Shown here: in pieces, positions 24,603 through 35,714 of the stretch
How the letters are laid out: the number at the start of each line of letters is the position of its first letter
Numbering within the stretch: position 1 is the stretch's first letter
Assembly (NCBI RefSeq): GCF_032191835.1
Contig: NC_083233.1
Span: 57,226,001-57,290,000, forward strand
From: Heteronotia binoei
Taxonomy: Eukaryota
Direction: 5' to 3'
DNA length: 64,000 bases
The notes under the pieces: model-generated
Databases searched by the model: none
What the model was told of the DNA's origin: nothing
Seen by the model: the letters and a program-made list of their open reading frames with translations, nothing else
Translations under genes and position numbers: made by a program

Positions 24603-24674
24603 TCTGAATGGGATCTATAGAGCTACTCTGAATGGGATCTATGGAGCTACTCTGAATGGGATCTATAGAGCTAC
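24603..24674 (+). repeat. Tandem repeat, 3 x 24 bp
   Basis: TCTGAATGGGATCTATAGAGCTAC three times, one substitution. Confidence 0.95.
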
Positions 24675-25744
24675 TTTGCTAGATCCATGCTACAGAAATT
24701 ACGAGTGATTGCACTGTTAGCAAACAGAAGTTTGAGAGCTGAATCAGCCAACTTGATCACCAAAGAGAAAATGACACCCAAGGTAAGGAATACCAGGAAG
24801 ATATTCAAGAAGATGAGGCATACTGTCACAAAGATCAGGGCATCCCCACCCGCCACTTTTTTTTTTTGCTTCTTTGTATCTCTGTATTTGAAATAGGGGT
24901 GTTTTGGATATACAGAGCTATTGGAGAGTTGGCCTTTGTAGGACAAGCTTGCAAAATAGATCCTTTCTGCTATAACCACATCTCCGCAGGTGCAAATAGG
25001 TCATTGAAGTAATAATAAGGGTGTCTAAGGCTAGGAGCTTTTTTCATCCTTGGAGTGCACACATTGGAGCAGCCAGGGCGTTATCTGGAAGAGGAAACTG
25101 GCATACTTCTTGTGGTCTCCCTGTGGTTCTCATGTGGCCCTCCCCATCTGATGAGGGCTCTGGTAGGAAATTTTATTGCACTTTGAGCAGGAGTTAATTT
25201 CCTCTCATGGTGCTAAGCTGAAGTTTGAGGGCTGGATGAAGAAGCATTCTGGCCTCTTGTTTTAGGCCATGGCCAGCATATGCCACAAAGCCAGTCACAT
25301 TATAAGTTGCCCTGACACATGTCTATACCCTGCTGAATGCTTCCTGCAAGAGGAAAATTCCTACTGAAATAAATGAGACCCGTGCCAGAGAACTATGCAA
25401 GATCCTGTTCATTTCTAGGGCTTTGCATAGGGAAATTGGATTGTGCCCAGTCTTTCATGTAATGTATTGGCAGCTTCTTTTCCAGGTGTGCTTGATGGAC
25501 ATATGCATAAAAATTAAATCAGCATTAAAACCTAAAATACTTTTGCTTACTGAATTTTAATTTTTTTGATATATTGGTATTAGACATAGGTGATGATGGC
25601 ACCAGCAATGACTAGGAACCGCTCACAAATTTAATATAAAACAGGTCCTGCCTGCAGGTTTATAATCTGAAAAAGCAAGTGGTAGACCAAGGCATGCTAT
25701 TTTATTATCTCCCTAGCAATAGTGTGCCCTGCCCTGGAGGGCCC

Positions 25745-25933
25745 AGGCTAGCTCCATCTCATCTGATCTCAGAAGCTAAGTAAGGTGAGTCATAGTTAGT
25801 ACTTGGATGGGAGACTACCAAGAAAGACCAGAATTGCTATGCAGAAGAATGCACAAATCAACCACCTTTACTATCAGTTCCCCTAAAAATGCTATGGGGT
25901 TGTCATGGCCGTGACTTGACAGCACTTTCCACC
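25745..25933 (+). mobile_element. 5S-derived SINE with RTE-like tail
   Basis: CTCATCTGATCTCAGAAGCTAAG...GTTAGTACTTGGATGGGAGAC matches 5S; tail GTGACTTGACAGCAC. Confidence 0.8.
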
Positions 25934-27182
25934 GCCATAACTATATTGCAGTGTGGTGATTAAGGGACTGAAGTTTCTTGACGTGATTGGCAGAGGTTCT
26001 TTGATGTCAGAGAAGGGCTGGTCAGGCAGAAAGGATCCTAGCTACTCTTGTCTGAGGGCTGCTTTAAACACTGGACATTGTGCCATAAAGGGACTTGCAC
26101 TTCCTCTTCCCATTCTTCTGAGTCTTGTGCAAAGAAGTGAAATGTCCATGTTCTCCATGCAGATATACTCTTATACTGGAAGCATGAATCCCAGTTTGTA
26201 ATTCTGATTAACTTTTGTGCCTGCATTGAAACATCACAGGAATTGAATTTCTACCTGGGATTCTTTGCATGATAAGGGGATGGGGAGAGCGGGGCACACA
26301 CATTAGTCCAATTTTGATTTGTACACAAGCTGGTTTAAAGGAGGGCTTAATATGACATCTGAATGCAACCTGTCTTGAAAGACTGGTTGAAAAGTGGCTT
26401 CCATTCATACTAAATGTCAGGGACAAGAAGGAATTTCCATGTTCTATTATTTTATGGTATGAAACCTCCATTTAAAAAGTGAAAATTGACATAATGAAAT
26501 GCTGCCAAATGTCCAATCTTTGAAACATTTCCCTCCATGTGTGGATCAGCATCTTTTGAAGTTCAGATGGAGAAACTTCTCAGGGAAGAACCGTCATCAC
26601 TATCCTTCATTCAAGGTGATTTGCAAGGGGAAAAAAAGGTCCATTAAGAATGGCATAGAAACCAGATAGCTGTTATAATACCTATAAAATTGCTGTTTAT
26701 AAACTAAACCTAACAATGAAACCAATAACAGACCAGTATTATCTCTTTATCATATTTTATCCCAGTCTTCTATCAAGGAGCTCAAGACAAACTTACACAG
26801 TTAGCTTCATGCACTTGTCCCTTCAATTTGGGGCATCTATCTTCAGTTAATTATTAGTTTGTTTATATAACACCTTTCAACTGGAAAAAAACCCCACATT
26901 TCTTTTTATTCAGGCATTTAATGGAGGGGTTCCACCTTTTAAAAGCTGTTTCAATGCCTTGTGTCTTGATCATCTTTATGCTGCTGTTTTGGTGATTTTT
27001 TTTTTGAAAACCACCTTGTGTGTGCCTCTGGAGAGGTGGCATATACAGTTTTAAACACACACACAGATATAATAATTTATTTTATTCTGAAATGACACAA
27101 AAATAATCTAATCAGCAGCTACAGTCAGGCCCCTAGCAACGGGGAAAATGTTCTCCCCTGCTGACCCTGATCTGGACAGTGC

Positions 27183-27375
27183 AGGCTAGCCTGATCTCAT
27201 CAGATCTCAGAAGCTAATCAGGGTCAGTCCTGTGAGTATTTGGATGAGACCTCCAAGGAATACCAGGGTCATGATGCGGAAGCGGGTGATGGCAAACCAC
27301 ATCTGAATACCTCTTGCCTTGAAAAGCCCAAGGGGTTGCTGTAAGTCAGCTGTGACTTGACAACACTTTCCACCA
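27183..27375 (+). mobile_element. 5S-derived SINE with RTE-like tail
   Basis: 5S-like head followed by ATGGCAAACCAC...GTGACTTGACAACAC. Confidence 0.8.
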
Positions 27376-27476
27376 CACTCCCCTGGCATACATGGACCTT
27401 AGTTCTTGTCAAACATTCTACTACATTATCACGTCCACAAAGCTTTCAGCTAGGTGCTGCTTTCAGTTGCTGTGAA

Positions 27477-27633
27477 CAGGGCCGGCCCTAGACCGTATGG
27501 CACCCTAGGCAAGGCGAACTTCTGGCGCTCCCCCCCCCCACTGATAACATCACCAAGTCACCCAGCTTGGTGCCCCTAAGAGGCTGGTGCCCTAGGCAAC
27601 TGCCTACTTTGCCTAGTTGCAGGGCCAGCCCTG
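27477..27633 (+). mobile_element. hAT MITE (CAGGGCCGGCCCT family)
   Basis: Perfect 8-bp TSD GCTGTGAA. Confidence 0.9.
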
Positions 27634-28049
27634 GCTGTGAATGTGCTGTGACTACGTGCACCTCACCTCTGGAACGCTGGAAAGAAAGAAGTCCCTCTCA
27701 TCACTTCAGCATGACTTGTGCTGAAGTTTCTGGAAGACCATGCCTGGAGTTTTCAGCAGACTCGCATGTCCTTATACCACCTTTTGATCTAGATGGGGGT
27801 ACCCATCGTATCCCCTGCTACATTCCCACAGATGGACTTATACACCCCCAAACAGCGGCCTTCTCTGCATCCCCCCTCCCTTCCCTCATCCCCAAACCCA
27901 CATTGTGTTTGCATTGCTGGGATGGAGAGGTTACTGTAAATGGCAGGAAGGAGAGGTCAAAAGTAATCAACCCGCCGGGCGACCCTTCACCCCTTCCCCA
28001 GCGTTACACATGCCCGGGCTAATACACTTGAGCCCAGCTGCTTGGCAGC

Positions 28050-28290
28050 TGACCCCCCCAGAGGCCCCCTTACTGACAAAAGGCCTATCTTCTCTCCACC
28101 TAAATGATTTAAATTCTAATCAAACATCATTTATAGTACATCTCGCAGCCGTCTCCTGGGAACTGCTCCCACGTGAGCCGTTGCCAGGGCAACCAGGGGG
28201 TCTCATTTCAGAAATGTCAGATTGTATTATTGTCTTCACACTTCTCTGATAACCTGGTGTCTCTCTCCTTCTTTCCACCATCCCTGTGGT
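28050..28290. promoter_or_regulatory. Putative enhancer with RFX X-boxes and an E-box
   Basis: GTCTCCTGGGAAC (28151-28163), CACGTG (28170-28175), GTTGCCAGGGCAAC (28180-28193). Confidence 0.5.
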
Positions 28291-28737
28291 TTTTTTCGCT
28301 CTTCCCCCCCACCCCTCCTCCCCTCACCAATCTATCCCCACCCTGCATCCCAGGAGAAAATTACCAGCTCTATTTCATTACCTGCTCTGCCGCCGTCATC
28401 ACCCCTTACATGCGCGTGTCTGTGCACGCACACACACACAGAGTCGTGCACATTCTCCCCCCCCCCTTTGGGGCTCGACTGTGTGGTCTGGTGTCATTTC
28501 ATTTCACTAGATATGAAAATGAGACATAGATTTTTGCCAGAGATGATAACGAAGCATGGTTGTTCCTGAGATTCTCCCTGGATTTGGGCCGTTTGGAAAG
28601 CAGCTGTGCTCCCAGGCCTGAAGGTAACTCGTAGCTACAAAATCTGAGAGCAGCATGTTTCTTTAAAAAAAGAAACATACAGGAAAAGATTTCATGCAAA
28701 GGAAAATGAGAATCACCGGAACCTAAATACAAACACA

Positions 28738-28940
28738 CAGGGCCTTTATTTTGTAGAAAAAGCCTAGCAGGAACTCATTTGCACATTAGGCCACACCCTC
28801 TGACATCACCATCATTACACACAGGACTTTTTGTGGGAAAAGCCCAGTGGGAACTCATTTGCATATTAGGCCACACCCCTGACACCAAGCCAGCCAAAAC
28901 TGCGTTCCTGTGCATTTCTGCTAAAAAAAAAAAAGCCCTG
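28738..28940 (+). mobile_element. hAT MITE, 200-bp duplicated-left-end form
   Basis: Same structure as 5241-5440; TSD CAAACACA/CAAACATA. Confidence 0.9.
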
Positions 28941-29905
28941 CAAACATATAACCCATACTCAACATTTCACTGAGGAAAGTAGGCAAACATCCCAGCTTTC
29001 GTACACAGTTGTCACTTTGTGAGTCCCACTATCACTGAAGGCTCTCAGTCACTTCCTGGACATTGTTGGTTTGTATTGCAATGGCTTGGTCAGATCCTGG
29101 CTGATAATCTAAAAAGGTGCTTGTTCTCGATAGCAAGGTACTCTGATTTAAATAGCACTCCGGCCCAGCAAAAGCATTTGCCCATCTGACTTTGCCTCAT
29201 TTAAACTAGGCTGTTACCTGTGCAAACCAACTCAGTATGCTGAATTAGTGCACTAGAGCTCTGTCAGCTGTGAAGCGGTGGCAAGGCAATGCTAATTCCG
29301 CACAGGTAGCTGCTTTGCATGGGGAGCAGCCAAGTTGAAATGAGATGCATGTGCAAAGTTGTCTGGGCAGGTCTTTTTATTTCTTTTTTTACAAAGTTTA
29401 TATTGTATCCCACCTTTCAGCCAATCAGGGCCTGCCAAGATGGCTAACTGTTAAAACAAACCGTTGTAAAAACATATCACAAAAACAATTTCTAAAAGAA
29501 ATTAAAGCCAAAACTAACATACATCTTAAGAGCGCATACAGCAGCAATTACAGCATAGGGCAGGAAGGAGAGATTGCTGAGGGAACGCCAGATGAAATTA
29601 GGGTTGGTAGCAATACCAGGTGCATTTAGTGGGTGGAGCATCGGGGGTAGGGGGGTGGGGCACATTGTGTGACTCTCTAGGACTTTCCCCAATCTGTATG
29701 GGAAAGACTGTAGAGATCAGGGAAATTTCTAAAGTGTTGCAGACATGGCAATCAGAAGTGATGTTGCTATGTTTGTGACGTCATCTCTCCATTTTCTCTC
29801 ACTATGAAAGTGGGCAGAATGGTGAAAAGCTGGCAGGGGCAAGAGGTCTAGATGAAACAAACAAAGAAAGTTGTCTCTACTCACTAGCAAGAGGGAACAA
29901 ACAAA

Positions 29906-30074
29906 CAGGGCCAGTCCTAGCCTGTCTGGCACCCTAGACAAGGCTAACTTCTGGCACCCAGCCCTCATACTGACAATGTCACCAAGTCACATGAGGGGTG
30001 CCCAATTAAGCCCCCCCCAGAAGTCCAGCACTCTAGGTAATCACCTAGTTTGCCTAGTGGCAGGGCTAGCCCTG
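29906..30074 (+). mobile_element. hAT MITE (CAGGGCCGGCCCT family)
   Basis: Termini and interior match 27477-27633; degenerate TSD. Confidence 0.75.
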
Positions 30075-30084
30075 CATGCAAACA

Positions 30085-30400
30085 TCCCTGGGGAGAGAGT
30101 CCCAAAGTTTGATGCCATGGCCAAGAAGGTCCTCTCTTGGGTTGCCACCTGCCTAATTTCAGGTGGGGGCATTCAAAGCAGGGCCTTCAAAGACAATGGT
30201 AGTGATTGGCCAGGTTCATATGAGAGTAGGCAGTCATTCAGGTATACTGCTCCCGAGCCTTAGAAGGCTTTAAATGTCAATAGAAGCTTTAAATGCCAAC
30301 ACGAGCACCTTGAAATGGGCCTGGAAACAAACTGGGAGCTAAAGTAGATGGGCCAAGACTGGAGAGATATGGTTCCTATGACCCACTCCAGTTCTTTTGT
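30085..30400 (-). mobile_element. Old L2 ORF2 C-terminal fragment (tail probably near 29380-29470)
   Basis: Antisense translation resembles FSAMASNFGTL / FKA motifs of the L2 end. Confidence 0.5.
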
Positions 30401-30535
30401 CACTTCAGCATCATATCTCACTCAGGCCATAAAAAACCTGTGCTATGATACATTATCAGCAGTTCAAAATAAATCTCCTTAGTATTTGAAATGGTAGTCT
30501 GTGCACATGGGGAGCATGACTGCAATCCAAAAAAC

Positions 30536-31285
30536 TAGGGTTGCTAAGTATCTGGGGACTTTGGGGGTGGAGCCAGGAGACTTTGGGGGTGGAGACAGGA
30601 GACATTAGGGGTGGAGCCAGGAGCAAGGGTGTGACAAGCATAACTGAACTCCGAAGGGAGTTCTGGCCGAAGGGGGCTCAGAGCCCAGCCGGGCCCAGAC
30701 GCCCCCTCCTCCCTGCGGGAGCCACCGGAGGAGGGGGAGCAAGGCCAAAAGCGGCCAGCCCCGCCAGCCAGCCTGCCGCCCCACAGCACCCCGCCGCCCC
30801 TGCCACTCACTGGGCCATGTTCTCTCTGGCAGCGCCACGACGCACACTGCCCGCGTCCCCCCCACCCCAGCCCCGGGCCGGCTGCTGCTGCCAGTCATTG
30901 GCCGCCCGCCCACCCAGCCCCTCGGGGGGCCAGCCCAGCCAGCCAGCCAGCTTAGCAGCTCTTGCCGGCCCAGCGGGGATGGGGCCAACTTCAGAAAGGG
31001 GGTGGCCCGGTCAGCCATGGCCGAAGGGGGCTCGGAGCCCAGCCCGGCCCAGACGCCCCCTCCTCCCCGCGGGAGCTGCCGAAGGGGGGGGGGAGCAAGG
31101 CCAAAAGCGGCCAGAGGGCGGCCAGCCCGGGACAATCGCCGTGGTCCTGCCGCCTCTGCCACTCACCGGGCCACGCTCCTTGGCGCCATTTCCCCCCTCA
31201 CCCCGCTTCCGTTTTTTGGGGGGAGCGGGGGAAGAGGCTGGAAATCCTGGGGTCCCCTGCCAGGGCAGGAGGGTTGGGAAGCCTA
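30536..31285. mobile_element. Non-autonomous hAT with GC-rich interior
   Basis: TAGGGTTGC / GGAAGCCTA termini; perfect TSD CAAAAAAC; internal ~95-bp direct repeat (30665-30758, 31019-31114). Confidence 0.9.
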
Positions 31286-31321
31286 CAAAAAACACTTTCC
31301 TAAGAATAAGCCCCATTAAAT

Positions 31322-31596
31322 AGAAGAAGAGAGATTGCATTTATACCCTGCCTTTCACTACCAAAGGAGTCAGACTTGCTTACAATTTCCTTTCCCTTTC
31401 CCTCCCCATAACAGACAGTCTGTGAGATAGTTGGGGCTGAGAGAGCACTGACAGAAACTGCTCTTGAGCAGAACAGCTCTGAGAGAGTTATGACTGACCC
31501 AAGGTTACTCCAGTAGTTGCATGTGAAGAAGTGGGGAATCAAACCCGGTTCTTCCAGATAAGAGTCTGCTCAGTTAACCACTACACCTAACTGGTT
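31322..31596 (-). mobile_element. Squam3-like SINE, divergent subfamily
   Basis: Same head and tail architecture as other copies. Confidence 0.85.
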
Positions 31597-32078
31597 CTCA
31601 GTAGACCTGAGTAAGATTCTAAGTAGACATGCATGGGATTGAACTGACTCATATGCATATATTGCAAAACCTTTAACCCTCCCATTCAGCTTCTACAGGT
31701 CCTCAGGAGGGAGATAAGCCCCAAAGAATGACAATGCCAGCAAACCACATTATGAGAATTATCCAAGGCATCACCAAAGGAATATAGGGACAAACAGGGC
31801 ACCATGATATATGAGAGAGAAAGGGACAAGTAAGCTGTCCATGGTTAATAGGGACATTTGTATTGATTCAAAAAAGGGTCATAGCAAGAAATGTGCAAGG
31901 CAAAAGAGGGAGCCACTTTGATTTAGACTGACTTTTTTTCCTTACAGAGATATATTGTTATTTTAAAGCATACAATGCACTTCAAAGGAGGTATCAATGG
32001 CATAGTGAATACCTTGTATGGATATTGACAACTGAGTTCCAAATCTATGCTTAGCTCTGAAGCAAATTGGTGGGTAGA

Positions 32079-32650
32079 TAAGAAGATGATATTGGATTTA
32101 TACCTCACCCTTCAGTCTGAAAGAACCCCGTGGTGCAGAGTGTTAAAGCTGCAGTATTGCAGTCCTAAACTCTGCTCACGACCTGAGTTTGATCCCCGGT
32201 GGAAGCTGGGTCTTCAGATAGCCAGCTTGAGGTTAACTCAGCCTTCCATCCTTCCGAGGTCGGTAAAATGAGTACCCAGATTGCTGGGGGGAAAGTGTAG
32301 ATGACTGGGGAGGGCAATGGCAAACCAACCCCGTAAAAAGTCTGCCGTGAAAACATGAAAGCAACGTCACCCCAGAGTTGGAAAGGACTGGTGCTTGCAC
32401 AGGGGACCTTTCCTTTTCCTTCAGTCTGAATCTCAGACCAGCCTACAATCTCCTTTACCTTCCTCCTCCACAACAGATGCCCTGTGAGGTAGGTGGGGCT
32501 GAGAGAGCTCTCATGGAAGCTGCCCTTTAAAGGACAACTCTGCGAGAGCTATGGCTGACCCAAGGCCACTCCAGCAGCTGCAAGTGGAGTGGGGAATCAA
32601 ACCTGGTTCTCCAAGATAAGAGTCCATGCACTTAACCACTACACCAAACT
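32079..32650 (-). mobile_element. Squam3-like SINE split by a second SINE
   Basis: Continuous copy once 32122-32430 is removed. Confidence 0.9.
32122..32417 (+). mobile_element. tRNA-derived SINE with RTE/BovB-like tail (Squam2/Sauria-like)
   Basis: 13-bp TSD CCTTCAGTCTGAA; central ACTCAGCCTTCCATCCTTCCGAGGTCGGTAAAATGAGTACCCAG; ACCTTT-type tail. Confidence 0.9.
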
Positions 32651-32660
32651 TAGTCACAAT

Positions 32661-32876
32661 CAGTGTTCCCTTTAAGCTGAGTTAGTGTGAGCTAGCTCAC
32701 AGATTTTTAACCTCCAGCTCACACATTTTTGTCTTAGCTCATGAAGGATGACCCCAGAACACACCAATTTATGCAGTAGCTCCTAACTTTAATGCCAATA
32801 GCTCACAACTTTAATGCCAGTAGCTTGTAAAGCAGAATTTTTGCTCACAAGACTCTGCAGCTTAGAGGGAACATTG
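32661..32876 (+). mobile_element. hAT MITE (CAGTGTTCCC family)
   Basis: TIRs CAGTGTTCCCTTTAAG / CTTAGAGGGAACATTG; matches 35016-35209. Confidence 0.85.
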
Positions 32877-33738
32877 GTCACGAACCCTACAGATTAGGTG
32901 GATACTCAGTTTAACCTACTTTATAAGGTTGTTGTGAACCTGCGGGAGGAAGTATTGGATATCAATGTTACAAATTAATTCCCAGAAGATGGAGATGAGG
33001 GCATTTCCTTCTTGTCGTCCCTTTGTCGTTCCAGAACCTCCCTTTGTCCTATGTTCTGCTCCTTCTCTGTTGAACTAGGAGAACTATAATTAATTCATGC
33101 TCAGTTTGCCATAACTTTGTTTCTTTAGTATGTCTTATCTCCCCCCTCACCTCCGTTACAGATGCACGCAGGACATGCACAGAGTCCAAACATCACTTCT
33201 CTGGACCTGACATAAATGTCTCTCTTGGGACCCTCTCCTTGATTTCATCAGAAATAAACATAACTTGGATGCAATGGAGGATTTCTATTGATGCCTCCTC
33301 CCACAGCAGATATCCAACACCCCCATGGTGTTTCCAGGGTCCCTTGTCCCCGCAGGAGCAATATTTTAGATGGAATTCTGGCTCCAGTGGATATCATTCT
33401 TACCACATTCTCTCTGCTGTTTTGTGTGACAGATAAACACTTGAAATGTCTTTATATGGGACAGCTCCTAAATATGTCTCACCTGGCAGGTTCATGGTTG
33501 GAAAGGTCATTTCCTAGTGGCTCATTGCTCAGCAGCTGTACTTTCATGTATCCACGGACCATAACCATGGAGGCACTTGGGTCAACCACTTCTTCCTCCA
33601 CTTTATTCTAGCATGTGGAGGAATTTCAAGCATCTGAACTGGGCCACAGATAAAAAGATGGCTTTACTGATTCAGTTGATGTGATGCACTCTGACTGGCA
33701 GCAATACTTCAGGGTCTTCAACATAAAAAGGTCCTGAT

Positions 33739-33857
33739 CAAGGCTTTTTTTGGTAGGAAAAGTCCAGCAGGAACTCATTTGCATATTAGGCAACACCCCC
33801 TGGTGCCAAGCCAGCTGGAACTCCATTCCAGTGTGTTCCTGCTCAAAAAAAGCACTG
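33739..33857 (+). mobile_element. hAT MITE, 119-bp form, inside an antisense CR1-tailed SINE (~33630-33965)
   Basis: Perfect TSD GTCCTGAT; octamer at 33777-33784. Confidence 0.9.
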
Positions 33858-35015
33858 GTCCTGATACACCTAGTACTTGATACCTGAGATCTTCTAACTG
33901 AAGACGCCAGGGATTCAGCCCTGGAATCTTCTGCATGCCAATCCACATGAACTGTGACTGAGCCACCTTTCTATGCATGCTTGCATGAATTGGTCTGCAT
34001 TTTTACACATGCATTCTTATTATTGCACCTCAAATCTCACTACTAACACAGCAAGAGTTCAGAGCACCTGAGGACAGCAGAGAAGGCCACGTCTCAGTAA
34101 ACAGTTCTGTGTCACCAGGCAAAAATACAAAATTGTCTTTCTACTAAGTCAACCAGCTAGCTAAGAATTGTCTTCTGCCTGGCAGCGGATTGCCAGGATT
34201 TTTGGCAAGGATCTTTCCCAGTTCTGCTACCTAAACTCAGTAAGGGATTGATTCAGGGATTTTCTGCATGCAAACATTCCAGACTGAATCCCTAATGGAT
34301 TTTCTGCTTGCAAACATATTCTCTACCATTGAAGCACTTGGCAAATAAACTTCTGCATGAGGCATACATCCACTGTGCGTGAGGGGTGAGGTGATATTTA
34401 GGGCTTTGTTTTTTCAATCTGTCTTACTAAAAAAGAGCACCTGAAAATAATTTTGCCTTAAGAGTCACAGGTATAGAGACAGATAGTAACACAGAGATGT
34501 TATGTTACCCCTCATTGTTTATGAATACTTCTCTTTGGATGAGGGTACAGGGAAAGCATGACGATGATGATGATGTATCTGGTCATCAAAGTGATCTTGG
34601 TTTGTTAAAGTGCCCACTGTGAACTATTCAGGCAGAGCTAGCATAAAAGCTAGCGTTCTGTTTTAATATCACCTTGCGAAAACTGACTCCCACTGGACAC
34701 ATGCATGCATGGATTGTATATGGTCTCCGCTTCCCCAAGAAGTAAAAACTTCCAAGCAGTGACCAAGTTAGCTTCCTGGGTGAGATAGCACTGGTGATTT
34801 ACAGTGCCTTTGGCAGTGACAATGGAGAGAGAGGTGTGGATCTGGAAAACAAGTCCTCCAAGAAAAGGTTGAAGGAACTGGGTACATGTTTAGTTTGGAG
34901 AAGACTGAAAACTCACTGATGGACCTTTTCATGGCGCCTAGTATTTTTTGCCCACTGTGTGACACAGAGTGTTGGACTGGATGGGCCATTGGTCTGATCC
35001 AACATGGCTTCCCTT

Positions 35016-35209
35016 CAGTGTTCCCTCTAAGCTGAGTTAGCATGAGCTAGCTCACAGATTTTTAGCCTCCAGCTCACACATTTTTGCCTTAGCTCAGGAA
35101 GGATGACCCTAGAGCACACTAATTTATGCAGTAGCTCACAACTTGAATGCCAGTAGCTCACAAAGTAGAACTTTTGCTCACAAGACTCTGCAGCTTAGAG
35201 AGAACATTG
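35016..35209 (+). mobile_element. hAT MITE inside a CR1 3' tail
   Basis: TSD CTTCCCTT/CTTCCTTT; flanks rejoin as GGTCTGATCCAACATGGCTTCCTTTATGTTCTTATG. Confidence 0.85.
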
Positions 35210-35429
35210 CTTCCTTTATGTTCTTATGAGAATGTAACAAGAGCTGGATCAGACCAGTAGAACATCTAGCAGTATCGTGTCTCACACAGTGGCCAAATCA
35301 GTTGCTATGGAGGGCCAACAAGAAGGTGTACAGGCCAAGGCCATTTTATGTTGCCTCTTGGGATTGGTAGACAGGGGATTTCTGCCTCAAAACTGGGAGA
35401 TCCCCTTTAGTCACTATGTCCCTGGGGAG

Positions 35430-35700
35430 AGGGACATAATCATGTTTTTGAAACACCTGAAAGGCTCTCCCAAGGAAAAGGGTAAAGACTTGTTCCCTAC
35501 TATTCCAAAGTTAAGACTAAATATAATTGGCAGAAGTTATAGAAGGGCAAGGCTGAACATGAGGGGAAACTCCCTAACAGTAAGAGCAGTTTGACAATGA
35601 AACCAATCACCTAGGTGATCAGTGCGCTTTCCTTTGCTGGAGATCTTAAAGCAGACGTTGTCTGTCAGGAATGAGTCCAGCATTAGATTCCCTGCACTGA
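35430..35700 (+). mobile_element. Old CR1 ORF2 C-terminal fragment
   Basis: DIIMFLKHLKG...NSLTVRAV motif. Confidence 0.7.
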
Positions 35701-35714
35701 GCATTGAATGCCAA

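Noticed and set aside
24671-24979. Minus-strand ORF with a transmembrane-like stretch; plus-strand donor AAG|GTAAGG near 24783
   Set aside because: The hydrophobicity follows from T-rich composition; there is no convincing acceptor and no family match.
25758-25815. 5S rRNA gene
   Set aside because: Partial, diverged and fused to a SINE body and tail.
30541-31323. 260-aa and overlapping ORFs
   Set aside because: They lie wholly within a TSD-bounded hAT. GC-rich repeats are open in several frames on both strands and show no domain.
33162-33436. Good splice acceptor followed by a ~90-codon open frame
   Set aside because: No recognisable protein, no supporting upstream exon, and a length expected by chance.
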